Shown: positions 25,526-39,700, counted from the first letter of the whole stretch. The stretch: 63,536 nucleotides of DNA, filler included, from Octopus bimaculoides (GCF_001194135.2; 5 parts of 3 records of this genome joined end to end with filler, not necessarily neighbours in it); one strand, 5' to 3'. A program made the numbers and translations. The notes: generated by a model not told the origin, from the letters alone.

Positions 25526-27091
25526 TCAAAACCAGGGTTGGCTTCAGGCAGGTTAATATCAAAAGGGATGAGGAAGGGAATTGACAGTAATATGTTACAT
25601 GTACCTATTTTATCGACCCTAGAGTGATAAAATGAGTAATTGACACTAGTGGGTTTGAACTCAAAATATAAATTGATGGAATTAACTCAAAGTCCTCTAC
25701 TACAAACAACTGAAACTGTCACTGAGTTCCTAAATGCACATAACAGTAAACTGTTGTTTGGGGTTGAATAATAGGAATTAAGCACTCTTCTGTGTGAGAA
25801 CAAAGTTTAGTCTCATTTTAGAAAGTCCTTCCTGTTGAAAGACTTCTTGTTTGCTCCTTGTGCATTTACTTTTGGGCATTTTAACAGGTGAATTTCTTCT
25901 TAGGCTTTCATACTTTGAGTTTTGAGCATCAAAAAGTCAGTGATATTATTGGTTTCAAATTTTGGCACAAGGTCATCAAGTTTGGGGGATGGGGTAAGTT
26001 GATTACGTCAGCCTCAGTGTTCAGCTGGTACTTATTTTATCAACCTAAAAAAAATGAACAGACAAAAAGTTGCTAAGCATTTTGCCTGGTGTGTTAATGA
26101 TTTTGCCAGCTTGCAGCCTTCATTCAGTGATATCACTAATTAATGATTTTATTTACATATTATTTATTAATGATTTAATTAGAGAAAAAGAGCCTGGACA
26201 TGCAAAAAACGTTTCAGTGATATTCCTGTGTCATTTGTAATACAGCTGCAATCTAAGTGATACCAGTATTTATTGAGTTTGAACAGGAGTGGAGTTATCA
26301 CATAGTTGATTATTGCAATGATGTATTTGTTAGTAATGTAGGGCCTACAATACATTTGTTCAATATTTTCTTCAAACTCTTTCCAGAAGAAATTTTTTGT
26401 CAGAATGAACACTAGGACCACAAGATATGTATGTCAACAGGGCAATGCCACCTTCATTATATCAATGGGAAAGATGAAGGCTTATCTCAGAATGCTTTTT
26501 CTGATGCTAGTTGCACAGTGCCCAAATTATAGAGACCACTGGAACAGAAATTCAGTTCTGAGAAAGGAATACAAGGCCAGTCAAACATTTCAGAGTTTAT
26601 TTAGGATTATATTAATTAATTTGTTCTTTACCTTTTAATTTGGTAAAATACAATTTGGCAGTGAACTGTACTCTTTATCACATTGGTTTCAAATTTTGGC
26701 ACAAGGTCAGCAAGTTTGGGGAAGGGATTAAATTGATTACATCAACCCCAGTGTTCAACTGGTACTTATTTTACTGACCTTGAGAGACGAAAGACAAAGC
26801 TGACTTTGGCAGAATTTGAACTCAGAATATGAAGACAGATAAAATACTGCTGAGCATTTTGCTCAGCATGCTACTGATTTTGCCAGCTCACAGCCTTTGT
26901 ACTCTTTCCTATATTGGCAATAGACACTACTCATGGTAGCAGTTTAGTTAAACTTTTGACAAAGGGAAAATTCCTGTACCACCAGTGATTGGATAAGAAT
27001 CAAACTGCAGCTCCTGTTCCTAGCTCATTCATCATAAATACACAAAAGAAAGAAGATATTTAGTCCATATAAGGACTGGGGATTTCCTTAC

Positions 27092-27209
27092 CTTGTCTAC
27101 CATGCAGTCCTGAAATTGAGTTTTCATCAGAAACAAAGCCTTCTCATAGCAAGGGTGCTGATAAAGACAAGGTAGAAAATTTTGGTAGCAGCTCTGTTGT
27201 TTCATGTAA
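27092..27209 (-). CDS. FBH1: FBH1 exon B (phase 2 to 0), YMKQQSCYQNFLPCLYQHPCYEKALFLMKTQFQDCMVDK
   Basis: Acceptor cttttctttttcag and donor gtaagg; 118 nt; the L..HP...A motif matches FBH1 LRDHPLLPEA (recalled); phases fit both neighbours. Confidence 0.85.
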
Positions 27210-27670
27210 CTGAAAAAGAAAAGAATGAAGATGATGTTCAGATCAAACAAATGAAGAGTTTGCAGAAACATTAGGGCAGCACTAGATTAAATGTCTTGCA
27301 GTATATCACATTACCCCAAGGTGCTTGAGAATTCAAAGGATTGAGTGCACTCTTCATTTCTCTGAGGTTACTAACACAGGTATCAGTAGGCATGGCAGTT
27401 TGCTTCCCAGCTACATGGTTCCAGGTTCAGTCCCACTGTGTGTAACCTTGGGTGTCTTCTACTATAGTGTTAGGCCACTAGTAAATACAGTAATATATTA
27501 CTGCCAATCATTTCTGGATCTTAATACCAGAAGATTCTGGTAGGAAGTGAACTCAGAAAAGATGCATATATATTAAACTAACAAGCAGGGTAAGAATATA
27601 CATGACTGGCTTTGCTAAATCATGCTAGGTTGTAAAACTACAAATACACAAGAAGTAGAAGAAACTTTAC

Positions 27671-27801
27671 CGTATAAAATGAGGTAAAAAGGAAACAGGA
27701 TCTGTGAAACCATTCTTATGAAGCTGTTGACGGAATTTATTTTGCTGATGTCGTTTGGCATTTTTGCGTACTTTATAGTAGAGCAACTTTGAAGGCATAA
27801 A
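27671..27801 (-). CDS. FBH1: FBH1 exon A (first identified exon; phase 0 to 2), FMPSKLLYYKVRKNAKRHQQNKFRQQLHKNGFTDPVSFLPHFIR
   Basis: Acceptor ttctcttttgatag and donor gtaaag; 131 nt; resembles the segment just after the F-box in vertebrate FBH1 (FIPWKKLY...NLIR, recalled); splices in frame to the next exon. Confidence 0.85.
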
Positions 27802-28015
27802 CTATCAAAAGAGAAAAAAATACAAAGAAGTGATCATAAAGTGTTAATTGTTGTTGTTGTTTAGTTGCATGTCATCCCTTAATTGTTCTCATCATGAGCA
27901 CCCCATCTTATTCTATATCTAAGACTAGAATATCCAATTCTTCTTTTAAGCTAGCAGGATGTGACTTGAGGAAAATTTTGCTGCTATTTCTAGCATGTAA
28001 AGCGACTGCATAGAA

Positions 28016-28314
28016 CAGAGGTTCTCAACTAGGGTCTGTGTAAGATTTTTAGTAAATTGGGTACCCACCGTAGTATTTGAAGGGTCCACGAAAGAATTTT
28101 GTTTTAGATGTATTTATTGCTAGAAACAATAAAATCTCTTTCTCCAATATTTTACCTAGTTTAACCTACACAAGTTAATGGGTGAACAACAAAATAGGAA
28201 TTTTGAAAGTAGCTATAATAGTAGTTTTTAAACATTGAATGCCTATGGGGGTCCACCAGAGTAAAATAGTAATCAAAGGGATCCCTAGATAAAAAAAACA
28301 GTTGAGAACAACTG
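28016..28314. mobile_element. hAT-type MITE
   Basis: TIRs cagaggttctcaact and agttgagaacaactg; imperfect 8-bp TSD gcatagaa / gtatagag. Confidence 0.75.
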
Positions 28315-28578
28315 GTATAGAGTCTCCCTTTGATGATAGATAAGAATGGTAGGTACAGTTTAAGTTTTGTTTTAGATTAAGGTGAAGAAACTGAAATTAG
28401 TATAAGTGAAGTTAGGGTCTACCAGAATAAAATAGTAATCAAAGGGATCCCTAGATAAAAAATAGTTGAGAACAACTGGTATAGAGTCTCTCTTTGATGA
28501 TAGATAAGAATGGTAGGTACAGTTTAAGTTTTGTTTTAGATTAAGGTGAAGAAACTGAAATTAGTATAAGTGAAGTTA
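28248..28578 (+). repeat. Tandem duplication of about 165 bp (28248-28414 and 28415-28578)
   Basis: Two near-identical copies, each including the right TIR of the hAT MITE. Confidence 0.9.
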
Positions 28579-28944
28579 CTTCATCAGATGTAATATATAT
28601 ATATATATATCCCAAGAAGGCAAGTCTTTAAGACACATGATATTGGACAATACAGTAGTAAAACCATCACATACTCAATGAATCCTGCCCCAACCCCCAA
28701 CAGATTCAGCAATAACGAAAACTACTTCATGAAAGATAAGTTTTCTTTACAGAGTAAGAAAATACTCTACACACGAACATCTGCAGAGGCAAATTCATCA
28801 AAGTGTAAGAGTACTGTTCATACATTTGTGAAAGTACACCCATTATATGCAGCTCAGAGAGCCACACCTCCATGAAAAATAATAAAAAGGATGAAAACAG
28901 TTCAAATTATAGACAAGCCTTCTTATACCATTATTTTGCAATCA

Positions 28945-29225
28945 TGTGAAGGCACATGGCTTAGTGGTTAGGTTATTTGGCATATGACTGTAAGGTTGTG
29001 AGTTTGATTCCGAGCAGTGCATTGTTCCAGTCCACTTAGCTGGTAAAAATGAGTTGTACCTGTATTTCAAAGGGACAGCCTTGTCACACTGAATCACTCT
29101 GAGAACTATGTTAAAGGTACAAATGTCTGTGGAGTGTTCAGCCAATTGCACATTAATTTCATAAGCAGGCAGTTCTGTTGACCAGATCAACTGGAACCCT
29201 TGTCATCATAACCAACAGAGTGTTA
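28945..29225 (+). mobile_element. tRNA-derived SINE family C
   Basis: gaaggcacatggcttagtggttagg...gagtttgattcc...ccagtccacttagctggtaaaaatgag...ggaacccttgtcatcataacc. Related heads at about 30205-30545, 44835-45060 and 63325-63485 (minus). Confidence 0.75.
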
Positions 29226-29299
29226 GTTTTTTTTTTCCACAACCATAGAATTGATTGAGTTGAAATTGTAACTGGTTGATAATACCAGTATTGGATGTC

Positions 29300-29921
29300 T
29301 GCTAACACAGTAAAACCCATTTCTCATCACCAGTCACTATTCAGTCCAAAAATGGTTCATTCATGAAACTTGACAGCAAAGAAGAGCCCACATTCATTCT
29401 CTGCATGCGATTAGACTCAAAAAGTTTGCTGATTTTTCCAATGGCATGCAGGTGACCAAATCCAAGCTTCTCTGCTCGTTCCTTAACAGTTACGATGGGA
29501 TTTTGTTCCAGGGTTTGCAGGACATCCTCGTCAAGCTCTACAGATCTTCCAGGATGCGGCTCATCTTCTAGGCTGTAGTTTCCAGCTTGGAATTTTTGGA
29601 ACCACTGTTGACACAGGCTTATGCTTATTGTCTAATCTCCATACACTGCATTAATATTCCTCACACTTTCCGTTGCATTTTTGCCTTTATTGAACTCATA
29701 AAGCAAAATATGCTGAATATGCTCCTTTGTCACTTCCCTTATAGCTTTGAAAAAATAACTTAAAATCGAACTGCACTCTTCAAAACTTGCACTAAGAATA
29801 AGGACAAGGTAAAATTACTACCTGCTTTTGTAACAAGTTGATGCAGGTAGTTTATCCCATCCCCCTCCGACTTTTAGTTCATGCACTTGAAAAAAACCAC
29901 ATTATTTATGGGATGACCCAA
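29300..29921 (-). mobile_element. Mariner transposon 5' part (degenerate transposase)
   Basis: EVTKEHIQHILLYEFNKG..A...CQQWFQKFQAGNYSLEDEPHPGRS...IVTGDEKW; TA-flanked terminus at about 29921. Confidence 0.9.
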
Positions 29922-31399
29922 TATATACTTATACATACATATACATATNNNNNNNNNNNNNNNNNNNNNNNNNNNNNNNNNNNNNNNNNNNNNNNNNNNN
30001 NNNNNNNNNNNNNNNNNNNNNNNNNNNNNNNNNNNNNNNNNNNNNNNNNNNNNNNNNNNNNNNNNNNNNNNNNNNNNNNNNNNNNNNNNNNNNNNNNNNN
30101 NNNNNNNNNNNNNNTGGGGTCGATTTGCTCGACTAAAGGTGGTGCTCCAGCATGGCCACAGTCAAATGACTGAAACAAGTAAAAGAGTAAAAGAGAATAT
30201 AGTGAAAGCACATTGCTCAATGGTTAGAGCATCAGTCTCACAATCATGAAGTAGTGAGTTTGATTCCCAGACCAAGCTGTGTGTTGTGTTCTTGAGCAAG
30301 ACACTTTAATTCACATTTCTCCAGTTCACTCAGTTGCAGAAATGAGTTGCGACATCACAGGTGCCAAGCTGTATCGGCTTTTGCCTTTGCCTTTGCTTTG
30401 GATAATATTGGTGGCGTGGAGAGGGGAGGCTGGTAAGCACAAACAACTGCTGATCTTCCATAAACAACCTTACTCAGACTTGTGCCTTGGAGGGGAACTT
30501 TCTTGGTGCAATCCCATGGTCATTCATGAACAAAGGGGGGTCTTTATCCAAACCCTTTTATATAATAATAATCACTCTTAGTTTTTCCAACAAAGAAGTT
30601 CTAATAACACTGAAATATTCACCAGCTGACTTCAAAGGCCAAGTCCACTCCAGTCTTCATTGTCTATATCAGGAGAGGTTAAACTGTTTGATAAAAAGAG
30701 CCACATGTGACATATTTTCTATAGCTTCATCACAATCTGCTAGAGTGTCTTCTTTGTGATATATTTACACACTATGCCGTTAAAGAGGAGACATAACTGA
30801 AATTAATTGTTACTCATTGACTTGGTATCCAAAAGAGATACGAATATTGATTGTTGAATGCCAAAAATTATCCAGCTATTTTATTAGCAACCTCAATTGC
30901 AATTGGGTCTAACTAAGTTGAGGAAAAATTTCTTGAAAAAAGAGGACCAGTATCCCAACTATATTTTTGACTCTCTCAACTTCAACAATAACAACTATGC
31001 TGACCAATTTTTTACTCTTAAATATAATGTAACAATACAAAATGATGATGCAATTCTTACTATGTAATGGTTTCAAACAGGTAGGGAAAAAAATAACAAG
31101 AAATCAGAAGTTGCTTATTTTGTCCCGGTTACTGATTTAACCTTCTACTCCTACTAACTACCCAAGTATGATTAATAAGATAAAATAATTTGTTGTGTTT
31201 TTTTCTTTAAAGTGTTTCACTTAACCTTCTACTTTTATTTCTCTTCTTTTAGTTAAGTTTCCATGCACAATGCACCAGTAATGTTTTTATTTGATCTCTA
31301 GTGAACCAAAAGTCAAAAAGATTCAGAACCCCTGCCATAGACTTTTATCGCATGTTAAGATCATCTCTACAGATTTTCTGTAGAAGTTATCACCAGTAT

Positions 31400-31519
31400 T
31401 GATTTTGTCATGATGTTTCGTATCTGAGACATCAGATGTAAGCAAACAATGAGATTTAAAATTTAAAAATGGGTTGTTTACATCTGATGTCTTGGATACG
31501 AAACGTCATAACAGAATCA
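31400..31519. repeat. Inverted repeat, 44-bp arms, 38/44 identical
   Basis: 31400-31443 versus the reverse complement of 31476-31519. Confidence 0.9.
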
Positions 31520-31798
31520 ACACTAGCTGTAATTTCTATCAAAAATTACTTTCAGACAGGCATTAGGCATAGAATACCATAGTGAGTTGCTGGTAGGAAA
31601 GAATATTGAATCCATGTGCCTGGCTCTCTCTCAGATGTTGACCTCATTGCGTCTTAGAGAAGAAGAGGGAAATTCAACTGGAATTCGCTCTTAAGTAGGC
31701 AATATGTTTCTAACGCCCTTCTGTGTGTGGTTTAGCCGTTATGCCTTGTATACTAGCAAAAGGGGTGCTAACCAATGTTTGCTTGGAATGTTCTAGAA

Positions 31799-32202
31799 CA
31801 GGGGTTTTCAAACTGTGGTCCGCAAGGACAAGACAGGGGGTCCGTGGACAGCAAATACTTTTTATGGGCAATTTGATTTTATATGTTTGTAGTAACGCCT
31901 GCGCATGCGTAGAATTAAACAAGCAAGCGTTTCCCTCTCAATTCATTCTCTTTCTCGCTGGCCAGCGATTGAGCATGGACGTGTGTTTAAAGCTGTCTCT
32001 ACATCTTTCCGTCTTACACTCGACAGCTTGTTATTCTCACCTCTAAAGATGTATAACTAAAGATATGTATGATTACCAAGTAAATAAATGTTGTTTGAGT
32101 TGTTTAGTCTGGAGTTCAGCGTTCCATCTATTTCTTTAATTTTATAGTAGAAAGTCAGGTATACAATCTAAAGATGTATAACCCACTTTCTACTAAAGTG
32201 GT
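31799..32202. mobile_element. hAT-type element left end (right end not seen)
   Basis: Starts caggggttttcaaactgtggtccgc, a typical hAT/Charlie terminus. Confidence 0.5.
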
Positions 32203-32302
32203 NNNNNNNNNNNNNNNNNNNNNNNNNNNNNNNNNNNNNNNNNNNNTTAATTAATTAANNNNNNNNNNNNNNNNNNNNNNNNNNNNNNNNNNNNNNNNNN
32301 NN
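32203..32302. other. Artificial scaffold linker
   Basis: 44 N + TTAATTAATTAA (32247-32258) + 44 N. Confidence 0.97.
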
Positions 32303-34840
32303 ATATATATATGAAAGAAGGTTTGAAAATGCAATTTTAAAGTTGCTTATTCACTTGACCGGTTTCACTTTTTAGAAAAAGATTGTCAAAAGTAAAATGT
32401 AAAGCTTTGTATGAGCTTTATTCTGTTAAGTACTGGTTATCACAAAAGTAATAAGAAACAGAAATTCATTCTTTGATAATAATAAGAAAATGTTAAAAAC
32501 AGTTTACAAGAAAGTATTTGAGAAAGTAATCAGAAAGTTTAAGGAAATCAATTACTTTGAGAAAGTAAACAAGAAGAGACCTTACTCGCACCCCATAACA
32601 GAAATCGTCAACTTGTTATTCTCATCTTTACATTTCGTACCAAATAAATCCCATCCAATTGAGAATTGAGGAGGAACAGGTTTTACTAATTTGACCTGTG
32701 ACTTCAACATTAATGGTTTTGTTTTTTAAATTTTACTTCATCCTTTCCACTTGCTCACAATATCTCCACTTATCTCGTTCCTCACTTTTGCAATTTCCTG
32801 ATGAAAATCACCTGTAGAAGACTCGTCTGATTCGATGCCTTCTGTAGATATGAAAATGTCCAAAGTAACAGTAAGACGTAAAATTTGATGACAGGGTAGT
32901 CGTGAATTTGAATTTGAAACACGAAATTCCCAGAAAGAGGAAACTCAACGCTTATCCAAAGGAGCAATCCAAATTATAAATCTAATTAGATTGTGTAACA
33001 AGTTATAATCACACGGGAATAAAGGAAACAATGTTGGATCGGAAAAGTGATGGGAACGGTGCCAATTAAATAAGCGGACGAGAATCTCTCCCTAAGCAAC
33101 AAATATCCTCTACTGGAAAGAAGCCAAAATCATTTCCAAAAATTACAAAACCGACACAAAATTCCTTTTCTACACCTGCTTGTTTCACCAACAATTTAAG
33201 GATTTAAACGTGGCCCTATTAAAATTTGAGATAAATCTTTCGTGGCGATAAGATTCTATATAATCTCATATTTAGTGACAAACGTTTGAGAAGTAACACT
33301 TGTAAACTCACCATGTGTGTCGGGCACAAAGCAGCTCTGAATGTGTTACATAGTATAAATAATCATAAAGGAGTAAGGAAATTATGCATAAGTGCTCAGG
33401 TCTCTATCTTTCTCCCCAGTCCCAGTAAAAAAATCAGAATGTTCTCCTTGATACGCTGATACCAATTGCAGAACAGACTTTTCTAGAATAGGCGATATAA
33501 GCTGAGACCTATGATGAGACGGAATGATTTTTGTGTTGTGGGTGATACGAGTTTGCCTCGATCAAATGTGTACACTATAGAATTTTAGTGAACGTGAAAT
33601 GTTGAATACTCTTAAGCGCTTCGGAAGCCCCATGCCTGAAATACGGTAAATATTGCTTAAGTCTCTTCAGAAAACATGACACGACATTCCCTATCATTCC
33701 GTGTTCAGGTGGCAGGTAATCGTTGCCGCTTCTTAATTTCGAACACAGATTGTTGCAATTCTATAACAAACCCATAAACACGAACTAAAATTTGTCCTAT
33801 CTAATATTATGAAAGGATTTCAACATTAAGAGTCAAAATCTATAGATTGGAAGCAGCCATGACTATATAATATAATAGGAGGCTTCCAAATTCTGACCAT
33901 AACTGCGTAAATGAGCAGACCCCGCACATCTAAATGTAAATGTACCATGAATCTCATCAATTATTGTTCTAAAACTCAGTGAAAAATGATGATCTTTTCT
34001 TCCATATTCATCGGGAATTGAACTTGTCCAGCTCTCTTATATATGTACATGCGTACGTCCTGACACATATATATATATATACGGGCTTATTTATATATTC
34101 ATACATATGTGCATGTCTTTCATGGTGTTTCTATATGTGTATACATACATATCGATGTATTTACGTGTATGTATTCTTGTGTATTTCGCACGATTGGAGG
34201 CATGTGTCTCTGCGTACGCATATCAGTGTGTGTGTGTGCGGTGTTGGTGTATAGACATGATTACATCTATGTAAAGACTGAAAGTCATTTGAAGCTATCG
34301 CATCGATCACATCTTAAATTGGCATGGAAAAATCATTGGCAAACACAATGGCAACGTTTGTTTGCGTTTACTAAGTTGCGCACACTACCGAATAAACATT
34401 TGTAATATAAAGTAACGAATCACATAGTTGAAAGGAAAACCAATGATTGTTCGTTTTTCTTTGATTATCCTTCCCAAACATTCCTTCACTCAGAACGTTG
34501 GCATCGAACAAAGAAGAATCAATGTTAATGGGTGAAGCCAGGTTCCGTCATGGATATGACTCTGGTTGTAGTAAGAGAGTTGTAAATGTAGTTGAGTGGG
34601 TGGGACTTGTCTTACATGGAGATTATATAGAACGCTTGAAGTTCTTCTCATCCGCGGTAACTTAAATAATATAGATCGTGTTTCTTCGGGTAAAATATTA
34701 TTTGTTTGAAGTTCAATAAGAAAATATGAAGAAAGACAGTAAAATGAATTTTGGATCAATGACGTTTCTTGTCTTGTTTTTTTTCCTTTTGCCTTATGTA
34801 TCCGAAACTACTCACAAATAAATAAATTTGTGTGTGTGTG

Positions 34841-34882
<42 letters not shown>

Positions 34883-35438
34883 NNNNNNNNNNNNNNNNNN
34901 NNNNNNNNNNNNNNNNNNNNNNNNNNNNNNNNNNNNNNNNNNNNNNNNNNNNNNNNNNNNNNNNNNNNNNNNNNNNNNNNNNNNNNNNNNNNNNNNNNNN
35001 NNNNNNNNNNNNNNNNNNNNNNNNNNNNNNNNNNNNNNNNNNNNNNNNNNNNNNNNNNNNNNNNNNNNNNNNNNNNNNNNNNNNNNNNNNNNNNNNNNNN
35101 NNNNNNNNNNNNNNNNNNNNNNNNNNNNNNNNNNNNNNNNNNNNNNNNNNNNNNNNNNNNNNNNNNNNNNNNNNNNNNNNNNNNNNNNNNNNNNNNNNNN
35201 NNNNNNNNNNNNNNNNNNNNNNNNNNNNNNNNNNNNNNNNNNNNNNNNNNNNNNNNNNNNNNNNNNNNNNNNNNNNNNNNNNNNNNNNNNNNNNNNNNNN
35301 NNATTACATACGTATGTAATACAATTTTTCTGAATTTTCATATTTTTCTTTATGCTAGACCACTGGTTTTAAGTTGGAGTTAATTAAATTAATATCCAAT
35401 TTATCACCCTTATAACTTAAATTATATATATGTATATA

Positions 35439-35477
<39 letters not shown>

Positions 35478-36693
35478 TGTGAAGTGTTGTACAGCATGAA
35501 TAGAATGCTTGTTATTTTACTTTTGTTATTCGAGTATTGTTTTTCAATTTGTTTTGTATTTATGTGCAGAAATACACGCACACGCACATACACTCACACA
35601 CACTCACACACACGTATTTTCTTTTATTCTTTGACTTGTTTCAGTGTTGGCTGAACCGCGAGCTTACGGGAATGTAAACATACCAACACCAGGCGTGAAG
35701 TGCCAATAGTGGGCCATATGCGTATTTATATATAGGACTGATTACTACTTATATATAAGTATGCATACTTGCGCACACATGGGTTCATTTAGAACTAATT
35801 GCGCTTCAATAATGACTATCTCCTTATGACATTTAGGAACAAACGTGGAGAACACAATCTTATGCCTGCATACATCGGTACAAACCATATCTCTTCAACC
35901 CTGGGTTAAAGAGAAAAGATCCTCTCCACTCTGTCACTTGAAAGATTAAATTTAAACATGTTCACTTATCCGTGTCAGCCTTTAATTTCGGCAGAAAATA
36001 TAGTCATATTAACGCAAGGATGTAGTGGCGATCCTACACAAGTTTCTAAGGCTAATCACGTGATCATGTTCTCCCACACTCAACTGATTAATTTCGGAGA
36101 GCATTTATTGTTTGGGACTGTCAGATGCGTTCACTCAACTGCGACAGCTTTTCCTTATGGCGCGAAACATTGTCACATGATATTAATGAACAGGTGTACT
36201 TACACAAATATCTAAAAGTAATCATGTGATCATCTTCGGTCAATCAAATCCTCTCCATAACAATTCTACTTTGAACTCCACGCCAGAAGCAAGGCAATTA
36301 CAAAACAGATCCACGTCTTTCTATCTCATTTTTTTTTTAAATAAGAAATTTCTGAGACAGATTGTCTTTAAAGATTTAAAAAAAAAAAATCTAACCAAAT
36401 CCCAATGCATTCTCAAGTTCACTTTCTTTCTCTGTCTCTATCTCTGCATATATATATATATATATATATANNNNNNNNNNNNNNNNNNNNNNNNNNNNNN
36501 NNNNNNNNNNNNNNNNNNNNNNNNNNNNNNNNNNNNNNNNNNNNNNNNNNNNNNNNNNNNNNNNNNNNNNNNNNNNNNNNNNNNNNNNNNNNNNNNNNNN
36601 NNNNNNNNNNNNNNNNNNNNNNNNNNNNNNNNNNNNNNNNNNNNNNNNNNNNNNNNNNNNNNNNNNNNNNNNNNNNNNNNNNNNNNNNNNNNN

Positions 36694-36741
<48 letters not shown>

Positions 36742-39700
36742 TATTGTTTTCTACGATCAATTCACAATATTTTTACTCTTTGCAGATGAAGTACTCTTTT
36801 TGTTCAATCTTATTACACGGATGAAGTCATTATATGTATATATATATTTATATACGAAATATCAAGTGAATTATTGCTTTATTGCCTAGTATTTTTTTTT
36901 ACCTGCGTTGATATAATTTTTTATCTATTTTTCACGTTAATTTTCCTGAATTTTATCAACAAATTTCAAAAGTATTCATTTATTTGATCCCTCATATATG
37001 ATACTGTTACTTACTGTAACTCACTATCTAACCTTTATTTATTTATTTACCAATTGTTACACTGATTATATACACATTATCCATTACCAAATAAAACAAC
37101 CTAGGACACTATGGCCCATATTTATACCAATATTAGTAACAAAATAATATTCAGCCTGCTAAGATGATTTGGAAACACAAAAACCTAAAAACCTAACGGT
37201 ATATCATTTTTACGCCTCCGATGAGATTTTTTATTAATATAAGGATTAAATTATTGTAATTTAATATCTTAACACCAAACTGAAACAGTTGTAAGAGAAT
37301 ATGTTGTGTTTTTGCAGATAATAAATTATATTCATGCTACATCTCCATTTCCTGAATCGACGACACATATTTAACGGCGATGTATTGTAAAGTAATTGTT
37401 GCAATTGATTTTTCATGAAGAATTCTTTGCCTGGAAGAAGATTCTGAATATTTCTGAAAGAAAGAAAATGTGAATATATGTGGCTGTGTGGTAAGATTTT
37501 TACTTCATGACTGCATGGTTCCCAGTTCAGTTCCACAAGAGCCACTTCTTAAATGTTTGCTATATGTAAGGTAGAATCTTGTGTTGACTTCCTATAGCTG
37601 TAATTTTTTAATACTTCATTGTCACTTATCGCCAGAGATATAATGTATATGTCGATGTATTACAGTCGTTTCGCTTCTAGAAAAAGAAACATCTGCCTAA
37701 ATGTGATTAACTATCTGCGCGTACATATTCCTGTGGATATGTGGTTTATATAATAGATAAATTTGTGAAGGTCAAGCACTGTTTACTAGCATGATAGTTG
37801 AAGTATTTGGGATATTTTAGATGGTATTCTTTGATTTATGCTGTTTAGTGTGCCGAAACAATGGAATTGGAACTTTGGCATTTTTGTTCTTTATCAGAAA
37901 GTATGTAACATTGAAAAGTATTCTTTGAATTGCATGGTTCACAATTTTCTTTGAATTCTTTATTGCGAGTGCAATTTAGTTTTTTGAGGGAATTGCTTAT
38001 GGTAAGACTTAATTTTTGTTTTTTAAATCAGAATTGAGATTTCGCATTTTGTTCGCAGGTTACAACTGAATTATTATAGAACTTAAAAATTATGTTTCCA
38101 AGTTTATAATTTATCGTAATAATGGATGTATTGATATGTGAACCATGAAACAGCTAACGATCTTTTCTTCTACAGTGCACCTGTGGTGCAGAGGTCCAGA
38201 TATATTTGAGAGTGATTTGTATTAATTTTCTGATTATGGAAGGATAAGAGTAAAGTGATATTGCAGATGGAAGATTGTTTGTTGCTCCAGCGTCCCGCTA
38301 CGTAATAAGTCCATGGACCATGAATGGATAGAGGTGTTTGGGAAATGTATGTTCTGTTCACAGCAGAATCCAGTTGATACTGAGAAATATGGACAAAGAC
38401 TGATCGACAAGAGATGTAGCGCCCCATGAATTTTCCGCGTACTTTATTGTATAGATTCGTCAGATAAATGAATGTTGATTACGTTGGGAATGTGTGTAGA
38501 TTCTACCCCAACACCACCTTCGTGTTTCGTCAATGTATTCACGAAACGGATATTCGAATAATATGTATTTGATTTTGATTTTTACTTTGCTATGATCTAT
38601 GGCTAGGCAGTTGTTGCAATTAATTATTCTGCTAACTATAATTTATAAAGTAATCCTAACGTTTTGAGGGCATATATAATGTTTGCACTTAATATACTGA
38701 ACCGGTAATAAACAAAAGAGGCACCGTGCACTGGTTCAACTATTATTTCAATGCTCCTTTATATCACAGTCAGCCATATTAAAAAGTGGAATACTGGCTA
38801 ATATAATATCGAATATCCTTTTAACGGCGAATGATCAAGATAATCACAAATAGACCGTAATGACACTTCAACAGAAGAGAAAGTACATCGGTAATTTAGT
38901 CTCACCTATTTGTTCAATCAATTTCTTAGGTTCTAAGAGTCTTCACAGTGAGAGCCGATTTTGGGTTAGTCAAAGACAACAACACTACTCTTATGTATAT
39001 ATACATTTTCATTAAGTTACATTTTATCAAAGAGGAGGATGGAATCAAATCTTTAATATAAGACGAGGCTGAACACGCTTACCGTATGTTTAGACATTTA
39101 TCTCTACCAAAGAATCATATGTAAGATATTTGTACAATAAAATACATTTCTCTTAGAAGGCAATCATATACAGATTGTAGTAGCTAAAACAATTATAAAG
39201 CAAAAAAAAAATATATAAATATATAAAGAGCGAAGTGGACAGCCAATTAAGAAACCGTTTGAGTAGTAGAATCTCAAGACTATAGTTTTCGTTCTGATCA
39301 TTTCGTTTGCTTCTTTTGATTTCTAATGAGAAACATTTTTAAAGCTATATATTACTTTCTATCGGCCAATTTATAATAAATAATCAATCTCGCATATGTT
39401 GCTGCAAGAGACTGTTTTGGGCGGAGGCGTGGATTAATTAGATTTATACTTTTTTAGCAAAAGATAACAGGAAATCTTTCAAATACACTATAAATGACTA
39501 ATGGTTGAAATTAGAAAACTAAAGAGATAGTCGTATAAAAGAAAATGAAAAAGTAAAAGAAGAAAAATGTAAAATAAAAATATATGAAAGCATTTGAGAT
39601 AAAAATTAACGGAATGATGTCAAGAGAATTGGTAAATGATGTCTGAGTGAGAACAAAGGAAGATAAAATCAAAGAAATAGTAGTGGGGTATATTAAATTT

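Noticed and set aside
28725-28872. Minus-strand LMNLPLQMFVCRVFSY as the missing FBH1 F-box exon
   Set aside because: The frame stops shortly after, and there is no VCxxW motif or phase-0 donor to join exon 27671-27801.
38170-38427. 85-aa minus ORF and overlapping plus frames
   Set aside because: No recognisable motifs; the plus frames have multiple stops.
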